A stretch of 64,000 bases of DNA from Flaccisagitta enflata (GCA_965153355.1 OZ231126.1:37386001-37450000), one strand, 5' to 3'; positions 1 through 18,300 are shown, counted from the stretch's first letter. Program-made: numbers and translations. The notes: generated from the sequence alone by a model not told the origin.

Positions 1-1566
1 TGTTTATAAACACAAAAACTTCTGATTGAGTGTAAACGTTTATGAAAACAAATTTATGGTGCCAAATAAACGATTTTTTGTTTATTTGGAAAGGAAATTG
101 GGAGCAAATAAACGATTTTGGATGAGGAGGAGGAGGAGGGGGAGGAGGAGGAGAGAAATATAAAAATCTGTTTATGAGATCAAATTTATGGTACCAAATA
201 AACAAATTCGTTTATGAGATTCATATTTTTGGTGTTTATAAACACAAAAACTTCTGATTGAGTGTAAACGTTTATGAAAACAAATTTATGGTGCCAAATA
301 AACGATTTTTTGTTTATTTGGAAAGGAAATTGGGAGCAAATAAACAATTTTGGATGAGGAGGAGGAGGAGGGGGAGGAGGAGGAGAGAAATATAAAAATC
401 TGTTTATGAGATCAAATTTATGGTACCAAATAAACAAATTCGTTTATGAGATTCATATTTTTGGTGTTTATAAACACAAAAACTTCTGATTGAGTGTAAA
501 CGTTTATGAGAGCAAATTTATGGTGCCCAATAAACAATTTTTTGTTTATTTGGAGAGGAAATTGGAAGCAAATAAACGATTTTGGATGAGGAGGAGGAGG
601 AGGAGGGGGAGGAGGAGGAGAGAAATATAAAAATCTGTTTATGAGATCAAATTTATGGTACCAAATAAACCAATTCGTTTATGAGATTCATATTTTAGGT
701 GTTTATAAACACAAAAACTTCTGATTGAGTGTAAACGTTTATGAAAACAAATTTATGGTGCCAAATAAACGATTTTTTGTTTATTTGGAAAGGAAATTGG
801 GAGCAAATAAACGATTTTGGATGAGGAGGAGGAGGAGGGGGAGGAGGAGGAGAGAAATATAAAAATCTGTTTATGAGATCAAATTTATGGTACCAAATAA
901 ACAAATTCGTTTATGAGATTCATATTTTTGGTGTTTATAAACACAAAAACTTCTGATTGAGTGTAAACGTTTATGAAAACAAATTTATGGTGCCAAATAA
1001 ACGATTTTTTGTTTATTTGGAAAGGAAATTGGGAGCAAATAAACGATTTTGGATGAGGAGGAGGAGGAGGGGGAGGAGGAGGAGAGAAATATAAAAATCT
1101 GTTTATGAGATCAAATTTATGGTACCAAATAAACAAATTCGTTTATGAGATTCATATTTTTGGTGTTTATAAACACAAAAACTTCTGATTGAGTGTAAAC
1201 GTTTATGAAAACAAATTTATGGTGCCAAATAAACGATTTTTTGTTTATTTGGAAAGGAAATTGGGAGCAAATAAACAATTTTGGATGAGGAGGAGGAGGA
1301 GGAGGAGGAGGAGGAGAGAAATATAAAAATCTGTTTATGAGATCAAATTTATGGTACCAAATAAACAAATTTGTTTATGAGATTCATATTTTTGGTGTTT
1401 ATAAACACAAAAACTTCTGATTGAGTGTAAACGTTTATGAAAGCAAATTTATGGTGCCAAATAAACGATTTTTTGTTTATATGGAAAGGAAATTGGAAGC
1501 AAATAAACAATTTTGGATGAGGAGGAGGAGGAGGAGGAGGAGGAGGAGGAGGATGAGGAGGAGGAG
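1..1566. repeat. Tandem satellite, 232-bp unit containing a (GGA)n tract, about 6.5 copies visible, continues off the left edge
   Basis: Near-identical blocks recur at 232-bp spacing (repeated ORF-track entries ending 904/1136/1368). One unit is 3 bp longer from an extra GGA. The unit is built from GTTTATGA/ATAAAC sub-motifs. Confidence 0.97.
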
Positions 1567-2046
1567 GGAAATATAGAGTTATGCAATTTTTGTAGTTATA
1601 GGGGGTCTAAGGGGGAAATATACGATTTTTTTATATTTTTTGGTGCTTATCAATACAAAAAATTTAGCGTTTACAAACACTTAATTTTTGTTGTTTATAA
1701 ACAACAATATTATTGTGTTTATAAACGATCAATTATGGGCTCTTTTTAACGATTTTTGGGGTAAAAAAAAACAGTAGCAACCTTCAAAATTTTGATTTTT
1801 CTAATAGAACATTTTCTAGTGTGGACATTTTCAGTTTGTACTGATCAGGTCAAACAATCTCTTATTTTCCTTCGTTCATAAACAGTGATATATAGTCGTT
1901 TATAAACAACGTTTTTTACTGCCATTTAAACAATTTTTGTTTATTTGACTTGCATTTTTAATGTTTATAAACAGTTGTATAGCATTGTTTATAAACGGCG
2001 TTTATTTGGCGTTTATAAACACCCCTGATATCGAGCACGTAATACC

Positions 2047-5000
2047 TGATGTATGGATGCCAATGCAAAAATTGGGCTTTTGGGAGAGGATCCCTCAAGG
2101 AATGGTAAGCTGATTAAAAAAGTCTTTGAGGAGTGTGGCGTGATGGTAATGAATGAGAGTGAAAAGTGTGAAGGTGTGATTACAAGACAACATCCCTCAA
2201 AAACGCAAGAAAAATCTGCTATTGACTTTGTTATTGCAACATATGGTGCAAGTGAAGTGATTAGCAAGCTCACCATTGATGAAGCAGGCGATCTCAAAAT
2301 GAGGAGTAAGAAGTCTGAATCAGATCATAATACAATCTGCATTGACATATGTCTGGAAAAGAACCATGATGCGCAACAAAAACATCACAAGTGGAATACC
2401 AATGCATCTCCAGAAGAGTGGGCCCTATTCAGAGAAGAGCTTGCCAAACAAAAGTCCGCAGCAGTAGAAATAATGAGTAAAAAAGAGATACCATTAACAG
2501 AAAGATACAAAAAATGGGACAAGCTTATACAAAAAGCTGCATGGAAATCAATCGGAAAAACAACCATTAAAGTAGGGAAACCCCCAAAGCCCTCACTTGG
2601 ATTACAAAAAGCCAGATGTGAGAGAAATGAGGCACGAAGGAATCATGAAAAAGAGACTGACAAAGCTACAAAGGGACTATTATTAAAGAAATATTGAATA
2701 ACGCAGGAGAATGTGAGAGATGAAGCAGAAAGAGATGAGGAGGAGAGACTGCAAAAGAGATTTGAAGCAATGATTCAACAAGGAAGAAATGGTCTCTGGA
2801 ATGTGAGAAGAGCCCACAAGCAGGATAAAACCAGCAAATGGATGGTTGTGAAAGACAAAGATGGGAAGCGAGTGTATGACCAAGAAATAAATAAAGAGAC
2901 CAGGGCCTCTTACTATGAAGACCTTTACTCTAAGAAAGATGTCCCACCTCATCCATCACATGAAATCATAAAAGAAAAAGTACAGACCTGGAGTGATGAC
3001 AATGATGAAGGCGAAAATGATGATCTTCCAACAAAAGCAGAGATAAAGAGAGCAATCCAGAACAAAAAGAATAAAAAGGCAACAACAGACTGGACAAATG
3101 AAGTGCTCAAAAATGGTGGTGACCCTATGGTTGATCTGATTTACCCTGTGATTAAAGCTTTTTGGGAGGAAGAAAGAGCCTTTGAGCAATGGAATGAAGG
3201 AATTATAACAAGTGTTTATAAAGGTAAAGGTGACAGAGAAAAATTAGAGAATCAGCGAGGAATAACTGTATCAAGCTCAATTGGAACAATAGTTGAGGAA
3301 ATTATAACCAACAGACTATTGCAAACAATAAGATTCACTCAGGCGCAGGCAGGAGGAAGAAAAGGAGGCTCAACTACTGACCAAGTTTTCATCCTTAAAG
3401 CACTGATAGCACTAGCAATAAGAAGAGGGTTAGATCTCATCATCACCTTTTTCGACATCAAAAAGGCTTATGACAGAGCTAACATGGACGATATGTTGCA
3501 CGTCATTCATGAGCAGGGCTTCACAGGAAAAATCTGGAGACTTACAATGACACTAAACAAAAATCTTACAGCAAGAGTAAAAACCAAAGCAGGACTTAGC
3601 AGGAAAATAATGAGAGAAACAGGAGGCAAACAAGGAGGTAAATTGATGGTACCCTTGTTTGCAAAAATGATGGATACACTGTCTGAAGAACTTATGTTGA
3701 GACATGACATTGGAATCATGCTTTCAGAAACACGATTATGTTGTTTGGAGTATGTGGATGATGTAGGAACTCTTGCCATTGGATATGACCAACAAGAAAG
3801 AACACTAGAGGCTGTCAATGACTTTGCTATCAAAAGACAGCTTGAGTGGGGTGTTGACAAATGCAAAGTCATGGAAATTGGGAGACATAAAGAAAGGAAA
3901 ACCAGCTGGAACTTGGGTGAAAAAACCATCAGTAACTGTGAAACATACTGTTACCTTGGAGAAGTAATCTCAAGAGATGGAAGAAATAAAGCAAACCTTG
4001 CTGAAAGATTTAAAAAGATAAAAGGATCAGTGAGGGCAATTATGACTAGTGCTAAGACTGGCATCATGAAACGAATTCAAACGAATGTCCTCTTGAGGCT
4101 ACATGAGGCAGAAACTCTCCCCAAGTTCCTCCACAATGCAGAGACATGGACATTGAATGGAGAAGAAAAGAAGGAAGCTGACAAAATGTTGTTGTGGACA
4201 TGGAAACAAATGCTTGGACTGCCAACTACTACACCAACACCGGCAGTCATTTTTGCAACTGGCTCACTATATGCTGTGATCCAAATTCATATAAAGCAAC
4301 TCCTCTACCTTCACAAGATTCTGCAAAAAGATGAAGAGCAGTGGGCATATGAGTCATTAAAAGTCCTAGAATCATATGATACTGGATGGGCCAAGCAGAT
4401 AAATGAGGTAATTGATCAATGGGACCTTGAGAAAGACTGGGATAAAGTTGGAAAAAAGACCAAAAATGAGTGGCAAAGAGAAGTTGAAGAAGCTGCTGAG
4501 AAAGCCAACAGAGAGCGGCTCAAACAAGAGTTGCACACCAAAGAGCGGGGAGTGTCAAAACTCAAGACAAAAACTCAAACAATCCTGCAGACAATAAATG
4601 ACCCTGACTATCAACGAAAACCTTTAGAGATAATGAACTATGGTTCAGTAGTAATAACAAGAGCAGTAATTATGGGTCGCTATGGGATGTTGAGTTGCAA
4701 TGCCAATTTTTCATGTGGCAATGGGAATAAGATTTGCCCTGAGTGTTCTGTGATAGATGATGAAAGCCACCGTATAAACTACTGTGTAAAGTATAAAGAA
4801 ATTAACCTGTATGAAGTAGATGAAAAAATTGATTTTGAACAAATTTACTCAGTAGACATAGACAAAGTTCTTGAAGTAGCTCAAGTCATTCTCAAAATCT
4901 GGGATTTGGGATATGGAAAGAACCAGATGCGACAAAACCTAAATTAGAAGAGTAGGCAGCTGTTACTTATTTATTTCTTTATTGTATTGTTACAAAGTTA

Positions 5001-5165
5001 TTGAAAGTTGTTACGTAATAATACGTAAGATATATTGTAGACGTAAAATTGCAGCCGTAGAGTGAAAATGTGATTCTAAATCATGTCCTTGTACTTAATC
5101 ACAATGTGGATTTTTGTACAAAAGTGCTATCACTTTAATGGACCATTAAATTCAAATTCAAATTC
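2047..5165 (+). mobile_element. 5'-truncated non-LTR retrotransposon (LINE, APE+RT type) with 3' UTR and short (TTCAAA)n tail
   Basis: Starts inside the endonuclease (MDANAK, SAIDFVI, SDHN), continues through RT, and ends ATTAAA-TTCAAA-TTCAAA-TTC at about 5145-5165. No clear TSD. Confidence 0.92.
2053..4947 (+). pseudogene. LINE ORF2: partial AP endonuclease, reverse transcriptase and C-terminal CCHC motif, interrupted by one in-frame TGA at 2695-2697
   Basis: ORFs 2053-2697 and 2713-4947 share a frame. RT motifs: YKGKG, RGITV, QAGGRKG, FFDIKKAYD, GGKQGG, YVDD, YCYLG. C-terminal CPEC-x7-H-x4-C. Confidence 0.93.
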
Positions 5166-5245
5166 TCTCTCTCATACTACGACGTAGCACTCAACCTATA
5201 TTCGAGCTTATCAATTAACACTATCAGCTTTTTTAGGATTTCCAC

Positions 5246-5301
<56 letters not shown>

Positions 5302-5794
5302 AACCTTGCCCAGTAGCTTTGAAATTAGCATATTGCAGCATATGACATTTTGAATGCATCTGGTATCAAGAATCATTTATTCCGATGGATTCGTCGTCAC
5401 CCTTAAGTAAAGTTCCAGGTATTTTTTTCTTCATAAATTTGAGGGGGACAAAAATCTCCTTTTACAAAAATTATTGTTGGCACTAATTTGTCTCTTCAAT
5501 GCTATCGAATGCCGTTGTAATCAAGTTATCATCAAGTTACAACAGTTCGCATACCTTCTAGCGAAAATTCGTGTATTTTTGACTTACGTTGTCATATTTT
5601 AAAGGCAATCACATCTCGTGCAGATGAATTAATGATTGCCACGGTCCACTGCCTCCCTACGAACTACTTTTTATGTCCGTATGTACTGTTTATGTCCGTC
5701 TGTCATCGTTACTTGTTTGTAAGTCGTGACATAAGGCCCTCTTCCATTCATTTCAGTTTGGGCATAGTGAGGGATATTGTTCCACTTTTCATAC

Positions 5795-9025
<3,231 letters not shown>

Positions 9026-9132
9026 CTGCGACGCATCTCTTGAAGGACTCACGAGAAAGATAAAATCAGTCGAGATTGGTCCAGAACTCGAGATCAATTA
9101 CATCCTCATAGCAACGTCATATCAATCATGGA

Positions 9133-9216
9133 CAGGGCCGTATGGCAAGGGGCCGCCAGGGCCGCCATGGCTGCCCCTTGTTGGGATATACACCCTTGAG
9201 AGAGAGAGAGAGAGAG

Positions 9217-9313
<97 letters not shown>

Positions 9314-9474
9314 GAGAGACTTTCTTTAACTAATGTGCACTAAAAATCATTGTTGTCTCTACATGTAGAGAGATAAAAATCACTAGTTAGATTGATCGGG
9401 ATACTAAAAAGTTGTTGTGCCACAAATTGGAGGTGGCACCCCCAAAATCATAGACTCCCTCCCATACGGCGCTG
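9133..9474. mobile_element. hAT-type MITE with 8-bp target-site duplication
   Basis: TIRs CAGGGCCGTATGG / CCATACGGCGCTG (12/13 match). ATCATGGA at 9125-9132 and 9475-9482. Internal (GA)n. Confidence 0.9.
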
Positions 9475-9861
9475 ATCATGGATACCGACTCTTATTCTTC
9501 CTTTTCATTCGTGTCTTTTTTGCACTTCAAAGTTAGTTGTTTTATCATCGTTATTTCATTCTTCGTTTCTATTTTTCCTCTTCTCTTTTGTAGTAAAATC
9601 ATGTTACCATAACTATATATCATATGAAATACCACTAATACCAGATATAATACCTAGCTAATCAATTGAAATTAACGTTTAAATCGAGCAGGAACATAAA
9701 ATCGTCACAATAGCAAAAGCAAATTATGTTTCATAGATACAAAATTATAACAAATAAATGGTTTTAAAGGAATTGTACATTCCTTGTTGTTAACACCAGT
9801 TGTTAACATTTGATACTGGCTCGAGAAAAAAAATGCCACTACGGTTCTTTTCTTACTGATG

Positions 9862-9943
<82 letters not shown>

Positions 9944-10327
9944 TTGATGGAATTATACACAGAAGGCAGATCACGAAAGGTCGTGCCTATCACGCAGCTC
10001 GGCCGGATCACGCGATGCAAAGGAAGATTCGCAGACACAACGCCGCAGACTCAGTTATGTGTCTGTCCCGCCCTTTAAATCTCAATGACTGTCTTCTCAT
10101 CTTTGACTGTCCCGCCCTTTGAGACATTATCTCAATGACAGTCTTCTGATCTCTGTCTGTTCCAGGCTGCTTTGACGTCTTTCTCACTGCCTCATGGTAG
10201 ACTTGGTAAGAAATGGACAGACAGACTGACAAATGGACAGGGAGAGACAGAGACAGACTGACTAATGGACGGAAAGAGGCAGAGACTAACAAATGGAAAG
10301 ACAGAGGAAGGAATACACGCACGCACG

Positions 10328-10548
<221 letters not shown>

Positions 10549-12210
10549 TAAGCAAGCAACTAAACATGGTTATGCTTATCGAGTATTTAAAAATGGTTAA
10601 GGATCACGGGAAATTACGTAAATGTCGCTGAGAAAGAAAGGTCACATTTGCATATTGCAGTCATTCGGCGAGATATCATTTCTTTAGATATACGAAAACC
10701 AAGTTTATCTATGACGGTAAATTTTTGAAGGAAAAGTAAGTGTTTCACCATAATTTTTGCATCATTTTTAGGATAATAATAGTGCAAGAATGATTTTAAA
10801 AGATGAATTGTCTCTAAAGACACTTGGTGTATACATTTCTTTCATATTCTGACCTCAAAAATGATTTTTACAAAGCAATTCACATGGGAAATGCAAGAAA
10901 ATCAAGGTTTTTATTGAAATTTTGCTTACTTTTTTTTGTTTGTTTTTGCCATTGAAATTCTAAGACTCTCAAATGCAGGGAAATTTTGTATTTCCAAAAA
11001 CATATTTCTTTTTATAATCCATTTTGGAAAAGAACTATGTTTTTTGTTTTTCATTTTCTATGCAATCTTAGAATTTCAACGAGCCCCCTGTCAGTTACAA
11101 AAAATGAAATTTTCAATAATTTGCATTATATTTTCTTCATTATTTGTAGCTTCATTTGGATCTTTTTCATGTTTGAATGCAAGTTATGCAAAAGAATATC
11201 AATCATGATATATCTCAATGATTTTTTTAGTTTAATCATTCAGTTCCAATCATTTTGATTTTTTACTTTGGCTCCTGTTGAAACACAAATGTTGCCTTCG
11301 GAGGAACGCCGTCCTATGAACATATTGATGCCATAATTGACAGTTGTCGTGTATATGTGTTTAGGTTGATATATAAGAAGCATGAATATTGCAAAGGTCT
11401 TCTCCGTCATGAACTGGTAGTATGTTGAAAAATCAGTATCTAACGTCTACATGATCAACATCGGCCTTGGGCTTGGCATCGCGATTCCATATCGAGTTTG
11501 TATCAATAGAAAGAAGTTTTGCAAGACTCATTGATCAATGGAGATTAAACAATCACCAATGTCTGCCTAACCCACTGCACCCTTCATCCGCCCTAAGGCC
11601 CTTAAGCAAAAACTGGTAACAGATTTATTTCCAAACAATCTATCTGTAAAATATTTACGATTCTCTTTCATGACTGAAAGATGTCTTGCCCAAATGTGAC
11701 GGAAATTTCTGTTTTTATACATTTTATACAGTGAAAACATCGTACTTTGTATGTGACTCCCATGAGAATGCAGTTTTCCTATCATATAATCATATGATAT
11801 GATATGATATGATTATAATCATATGATACCAAGCATACCAATTATTCATGTCAAGTCTCAACTCCTGTACCAACGCGCCTCACCAATCTCCTCAAGCCTC
11901 TAGAAGTAAGATTTACGATTGTTGAGAAGCCGATGTTGAGATTATAGGGAAGGGTAATATGTTACGCTCAATCCTTTTAAATTCAGTTATTCTACTCGAG
12001 AGAGATCTAAAGGAGCCGCTCAAGAAAGAATAAGGGAAAAAAATTTATTTGGTGATCGAAAAATTTCGAGCTGAGACTTATTTGAAGTTTCCGCCTGCTT
12101 TGTTCCCTAACAAACACGGCTGTCATTTTTTCCATATTTACGATCTCTTTAGAGGAAGAAGCTCCACGTCGTCGTCCACGGTGATCTCCTCGGCATCGGC
12201 GTCGTTACCG

Positions 12211-12356
<146 letters not shown>

Positions 12357-13382
12357 CTAGCCACTACCACACCACCACGTCATCGTCATGCCATCGTCAT
12401 CGTCATCATCATCATCATCATGATTATGCGTTTCGCATGTTAGCAGCTGTTATTTTTCATTTCTCTTTTTACCTAACTGGGAGCTGACTATTCCAGTGAC
12501 CTTACTATTTTTTGCTTTTATCAAAAAATCGCTTTTAGAAAATTGCTTTTGAAACCTAATTTGCATAATGCAGTGGGATAAAACATACTGTATTATTGTT
12601 TGAATCAGCTTTCATAATTTTCTACTCTTCATAGAATTGCAATTCTGCCTTTTCATTTGCTCTTTCATAATTTATGTTCTGATATTTTAGTTTGTTTTTA
12701 CATATATCATGATTTTTTAAAACAAATAATTGTCTCTTTTTGTAACAAACTACATAGGATTTTGCTGAATTTGGGGAAATCTGTTGAAACTGGCACAAAA
12801 CAAAAACGGAAGACATGAATTTTCAAAAAAGAAATTGGCCATCTTCATGATTTTTGCTCCTCCACATTATCTAAGTAGGGTGAAGGGATACTCCCAACTT
12901 TTGCTACGTGAAGCACCCAATCATCATGATTCATTGACCCACTGAGTAGAAACTCATGTTTCTCTTTAGAAGCGTGTTTAGTTCATTAAACAATGACAAC
13001 GTTGCATAATTATATTGACCGGCGCATTCATATCAAGGAAAAAGAGGTAAGAAAAAGGATATGTTGGCACTCTTACATTTTGTAAGCTTTAGCAATTAGC
13101 AAGCTAACGAACAAAACGTTGATAAGTAAGAAATGAAGAGCAGAAACTGTTTCAGATTCTTTTCAGATTGGAGTCTACAGTTTTTGAATCTTAGTATAGC
13201 TATCGCGTGATCACCTAGAGTGAGGCAGTGATCGTTGAGGAAAGAAAATGCACAAAAAACATTTTCCTCATCATGCATCAAATAACTAACTAGCGTATGT
13301 GAAGGTTTTAATTGCAATTTCGAAGCGTCTTTTTTTTTAAATGGGGGAAAAGAAAAAAGAAACGGAAAGGCCAAAGGAAAGG

Positions 13383-13607
13383 AATAAGGCCGGATACACG
13401 GCAATCCAGTCGCGGACGGTTTGGAAGGGGCGGTGCGAAAACCGCTCGGAATTTTAAGAATGTGACGGACCGACGGACCGACGGACCTACAGACCGACGG
13501 ACCGACGGTCCGACGAACCGACGGACCTACAGACCGACGGACCGACGGACCTACCGACCTACCGACAGACACGGCAAGGTGTAGAGTCGCGTTCCCGCGA
13601 CTTAAAA
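13383..13607 (-). mobile_element. HINE-like element, family A
   Basis: Plus strand reads AAGGCCGGATACACGGC ... (ACCGACGG)n ... AGAGTCGCGTTCCCGCGACT. Confidence 0.82.
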
Positions 13608-16600
13608 AATGTGTTGGCCGTCGGGTTTCCCTTGTGGGTTCTTGAATCGATATTTGAGAGGATGAATGATGATGAATGATGATGATGAATGTTTGGGAGG
13701 CCCTCTCACCTTTCTGCCTAGAGTCTGTCCGTTTATCAGTACCGTTGCAGGATGGTCACGCGGTTTGATACGGCCAAGAAACAAGATTGAGATGAACTTG
13801 CATAATTCATGATTGCATGATTCCAAAGATGTCACGCAGTAAATCTTGACAAAAAAAAAAAAACAAACAAAACATATGATGATGAATACTGATGAGTCAT
13901 CTTAAAATGCAGTTAAGGGCTTCCAGTTGTCCCACATGAGAAAAATCAATAATTAGGTTTGTGGTGATTAACACGATGTACAAGCCACTCATTTCTAGAT
14001 GCCCAAGTCTCGGCCATCGATCACTATCAATGTAGCATTACATAACAAAGACAGTTATAGCATCACAATACACTAGGAAGCATGCTGCACTGAAATGCGA
14101 AGTTGTGTGTTTTCCTAGCAACGAGTTACTAAGATACTAGCCAGAAACAACAAGTTCCAAAGGCCGAATGAATTGAAATACATGTTACCCAATTCAAATC
14201 AGTACAAATCAAGCTGAGGTTTTGAAAATTAGCGGTACGTTTTTTACATGTTCCCTGATTACAAAAGGCATGAATTTATATGTGATATTGAGCCAGAGGT
14301 AGACCACTCGATTTGATTTATGAGAATTACCCATTCCTTGCTACCTTCAAATTAGAATTGACTTGATTTACCTACTTAAAATGGCTTCCACTGAACATCT
14401 GAAATCGCACGGTCATTAGTATGCATCTACTCTACCCAAAACTCTAATTCGTTCAGATTTTTGGGGTCCAGGGTCATCAGAATATGTACTGACAGGACAT
14501 GATTTTGCTTATTTGGTCTTTGTCGTAAATAGGCGATGGAGGCTTTTGTCAGTGTCAGTTACTCAATTTTTGGTGCTCATTGGATATCGTTAGCACCTCC
14601 CAGGCCCGATGAAGCTGTCTTGGTCAGTTCAGATTAGCCACCTCTCGTCCCTTAATGGTGAAATGATTGGAACCCAAAATGACATTGATATAACAATCTT
14701 CGAGGGAGTGAACAAATTTAAGTTGCATGCAACCGAATATGTCACCCCGTCAGTCGGTTGTATAAACAGTTGGTCGATAGTTATGTGTTTTGATCTGTGT
14801 GTTATCTCAATCAGTCAATGTGAAAATATTTTTTTAAGATGGTCTTCCTTAGACTGTTCCTAATAGCGGCTGGGGCGGCCAATAGACGTGGCAGTTCTAC
14901 AGTAATCAAGGCAAACATGTAGAAAAAAGAAAAACAAAACAAAATAAATCAAAGTATTAAAAACATGAATGACGGACTCGACGGTATTAAACTTGAACGT
15001 ATGGATTTCAATGCTGTTAGCAGGTTTAGATTATTTTCATGATATTTTAAAAGGAATCTTGAGGGGCGACCTAAAAGGTATTAGTATCATTTTTCGTCGA
15101 TTCCGGACTCTGCCAAACATTTTTTTTTCTCCGAGAAAATGCTCTTCATGTTTAGCATAAATATGAAAATTCGTAACTGAAGAACCGCTTCTATCTGCCA
15201 TTAACACAAAAGAATTGTTGCCAACCGATACTTCCACCATTGTAATTCTTTTTAAATGGGATTCATCTTCACATGATCACACAACATTATTTTTAGGCTC
15301 TCGGACGCATCCGTACGTTCTTGGGCAGCGTACAACAAGTATGTTAATATACTCGATCCCCTCGATAGTCTGGAGTGAGAGAATGGTTCTGATTAAAATT
15401 GTTATAAGAGGAGCAAAAAAGAAAAAAAAAAAGGGGGGGAACTGGGAAGAAAGAAAAGAAAATAAGCCAAAGATCGAGTGAAAACAAAATTAAGGAGTAA
15501 CAGGAGTTGGTTTCCTGAATCAAAGAAGAGAGCAAAGATGAAGACAGAGATAGGATGGAAAAAAGGATGAAAACGAGGAGAAATAGAATTACGTAAGCGT
15601 CACTATCAGTGGTAACCCTGGCGCCTGTAGTTGTATATGTAGTAATACATTGTAGTATATATTAGCGGTTAAAGCAGTATTCAATTGAATTGAAATGTAT
15701 CTCGGTAAATGTATATGTACAAATTTTAGCTGGTTCCTGCTGAAGGATAATCGGAGAAACCGTCAACTTGTTTCCATCAGGGACCTCGCCCTCGTCCTCG
15801 TCCTCATCCTCGTCGTTGTAATAAAAATTAGTTCGGAGACAGATTACTTTTTGCCAAATTTTCTAGAGATTTTTTCGGTCTTGAAGCAGGCATTCAGGCC
15901 TTCGTCAAGGTATCAGTTCCAGCAATGCAAATATCAATCCCTGCAGTCAAGCTTCAGTCTGGGATTTGCTTTCTTGCGGGATATCAATACTTACACCAAA
16001 GCTGGGAGTTCCATGGCTATGATTCAGTGCAACGAATATCATATCGCCCCCGACCGAACCGCTGCCCACAAAAAAAAAAAAAAACTTCGATTTCGTCTGC
16101 TTGTTTCTTCGTTGGCGCAATTTTGGGCCCTTGTCGAATGTTTCCGAGTTTCCCCACGTGAAAATGAAACAAAGTGTTTAACAGGGCGCGTTCGCGTTCG
16201 CGTTCGCGTTCGCGTTCACACTGGCTGAAAATAGTTAAGTATTGCATTCATTTTGTTGTCAATTTCAGGTGCGCTAAAACATATCTTAATCCGGATATGC
16301 CCGTCAGCTGCTCGCTCCCGTTGCTGGACGATAACAGGGTCGCACATGTAGGTGGGTTGAGTGGGATGAAGTGGCGGTAGGTGCTTTCTCCCTATCTGGG
16401 TAGGATTTGATGGTTTGTGCGTGTGGCCATGTGGGTACAGTGGAACGAAAACAAGTTCGAGTTGGCAGAGTCTAACCCTGCCCTCTTTATCTATGAAACT
16501 GAGGAAAGAAGTAGATATGACCATGAAATACGTGTTTAATCCGTGACGGAATGAAGCCTCAGAAGTTGCTACCCGAGTATTTTTAAGGTGCGAGAATAAA

Positions 16601-17966
16601 GCAGGTGTTCGAGATTATAGAAATCACTGCATGTATGTTATTATGCTAATAAAAAGAAAATAGCATGCAGCTGAAATTTAAACAAGGCTAGGTGAGCACT
16701 GAGCAATCGTAAGAGCCAAATGCACACTCGCTCGCACTGCACTGAGATTTGGAAAAGACGGAGACGGAGGATTCTGCAGACTTACAAAATGTGTTACTCC
16801 ATGCCTCACCTCATTGTTCAGTGGTAATGCTGTAAAGCAAACAAAGATTGTTTGTGATTTGTGAACACAAACACCAAGAGCTTTACTTAGTAATGAGCCT
16901 ATTTGTCTGTAAATTCAAATACAATAGCACCCTGCTATTCCCGACCCGAGAGTAACTGTTTATTATTTATTTTGGTTTATTCATGTAAGCTATTTCTATA
17001 CCATAACTTGGCGATGATAAAGATCTGTGTACAACAGATAAAATTTGTTAGTTCCTTCACATCGGTTATTGTGGGGATAAACTCCACCAGTTTATTCCCC
17101 CAGTCATTCATTTGTTCATTTTTCGTTTCATTCATACATTTATACACATTCAATGATACACCCAACATCTGGCGTTTAACAGCGATTGACATAAAAACAT
17201 TCGGAGACATTAATTGTTTTATTCTTTTCTTCTTTTTACGCAACTTTACATCTCGCTTTGTCGGCCCGTCGGTCCGTTAATCCCCTTTTACTTCTTCGGC
17301 GTTCATGAGGTCTTTGGCCTAACTGCCCCTGCCCAAATACTCTTCTGACCGCGTATAATGCTCCTGCCCACCCGCACATGATTAGGATAGCCGTGTATCC
17401 GGCCTTGCTTTTTTGTGTGTGTTTGGTTGCGATAAAGAATGTTTTCAGACTGAAATTCATTCATGATTTCGATTTTATTTCCATGCATTCACCTTAAAAC
17501 GTTTTGCTTTACAAACAATAAAAAGATTATTTGCATACAGACTTATTTCCTCACCTGTCCAGAATCATGTAGACGACCTTGGTGAAAAAAAAGAACAAGC
17601 ATATGGAAACGCGACCTTGCGGGAGGATGGGCAGGGGCATGAATGACATTGTACAGACCGACGTACCGACGGATCGACACAGAAACATATAAAGGCTGTA
17701 TTTAGAATTAACCAAGGAGTGAGCGCTGAAAAATGTAAGAAAAGAATGAGCGATTCCATGGTTAATTGAATGAATAAATGAATGAATGAACGGATGATGA
17801 TTGAATGAATGAATGAATGAATGAATGAATGAATGATTGAATGATTGAATGGATGAATGGATGAATGAATGAATGAATCAATCAATCAATCAATCAATGA
17901 CTAACTACATGAAGTCATCTAAAAAGAAAATAGGTAGGAAAGATTGAAAAAGTAATCAGAAAAATG

Positions 17967-18102
17967 ACAAGGCCAAGTAGGCCAATAGGTGCGACTTGTG
18001 GATCGTCGAACGAATGCGTTACCAACCGACCGACCGACCAACCAACCAACCGACCAACCAACGGACACAGCCAGTTATAGAGGTGCTTTGTCGCACCTAA
18101 AA
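17967..18102 (-). mobile_element. HINE-like element, family C
   Basis: 5' AGGTGCGACAAAGCACCT hairpin, GGTC/GGTT microsatellite, 3' GTCGCACCT and GGCCTACTTGGCCTTGT. Confidence 0.8.
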
Positions 18103-18113
18103 AAAGATATTGA

Positions 18114-18217
<104 letters not shown>

Positions 18218-18267
18218 AAACTAAGAAAGACAGAGAGAAAGACAGACAGAGAAAGAAAGAAAGACAT

Positions 18268-18300
<33 letters not shown>

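Noticed and set aside
186-1368. Repeated 83-aa poly-Pro ORFs
   Set aside because: Translations of the 232-bp satellite with no coding evidence.
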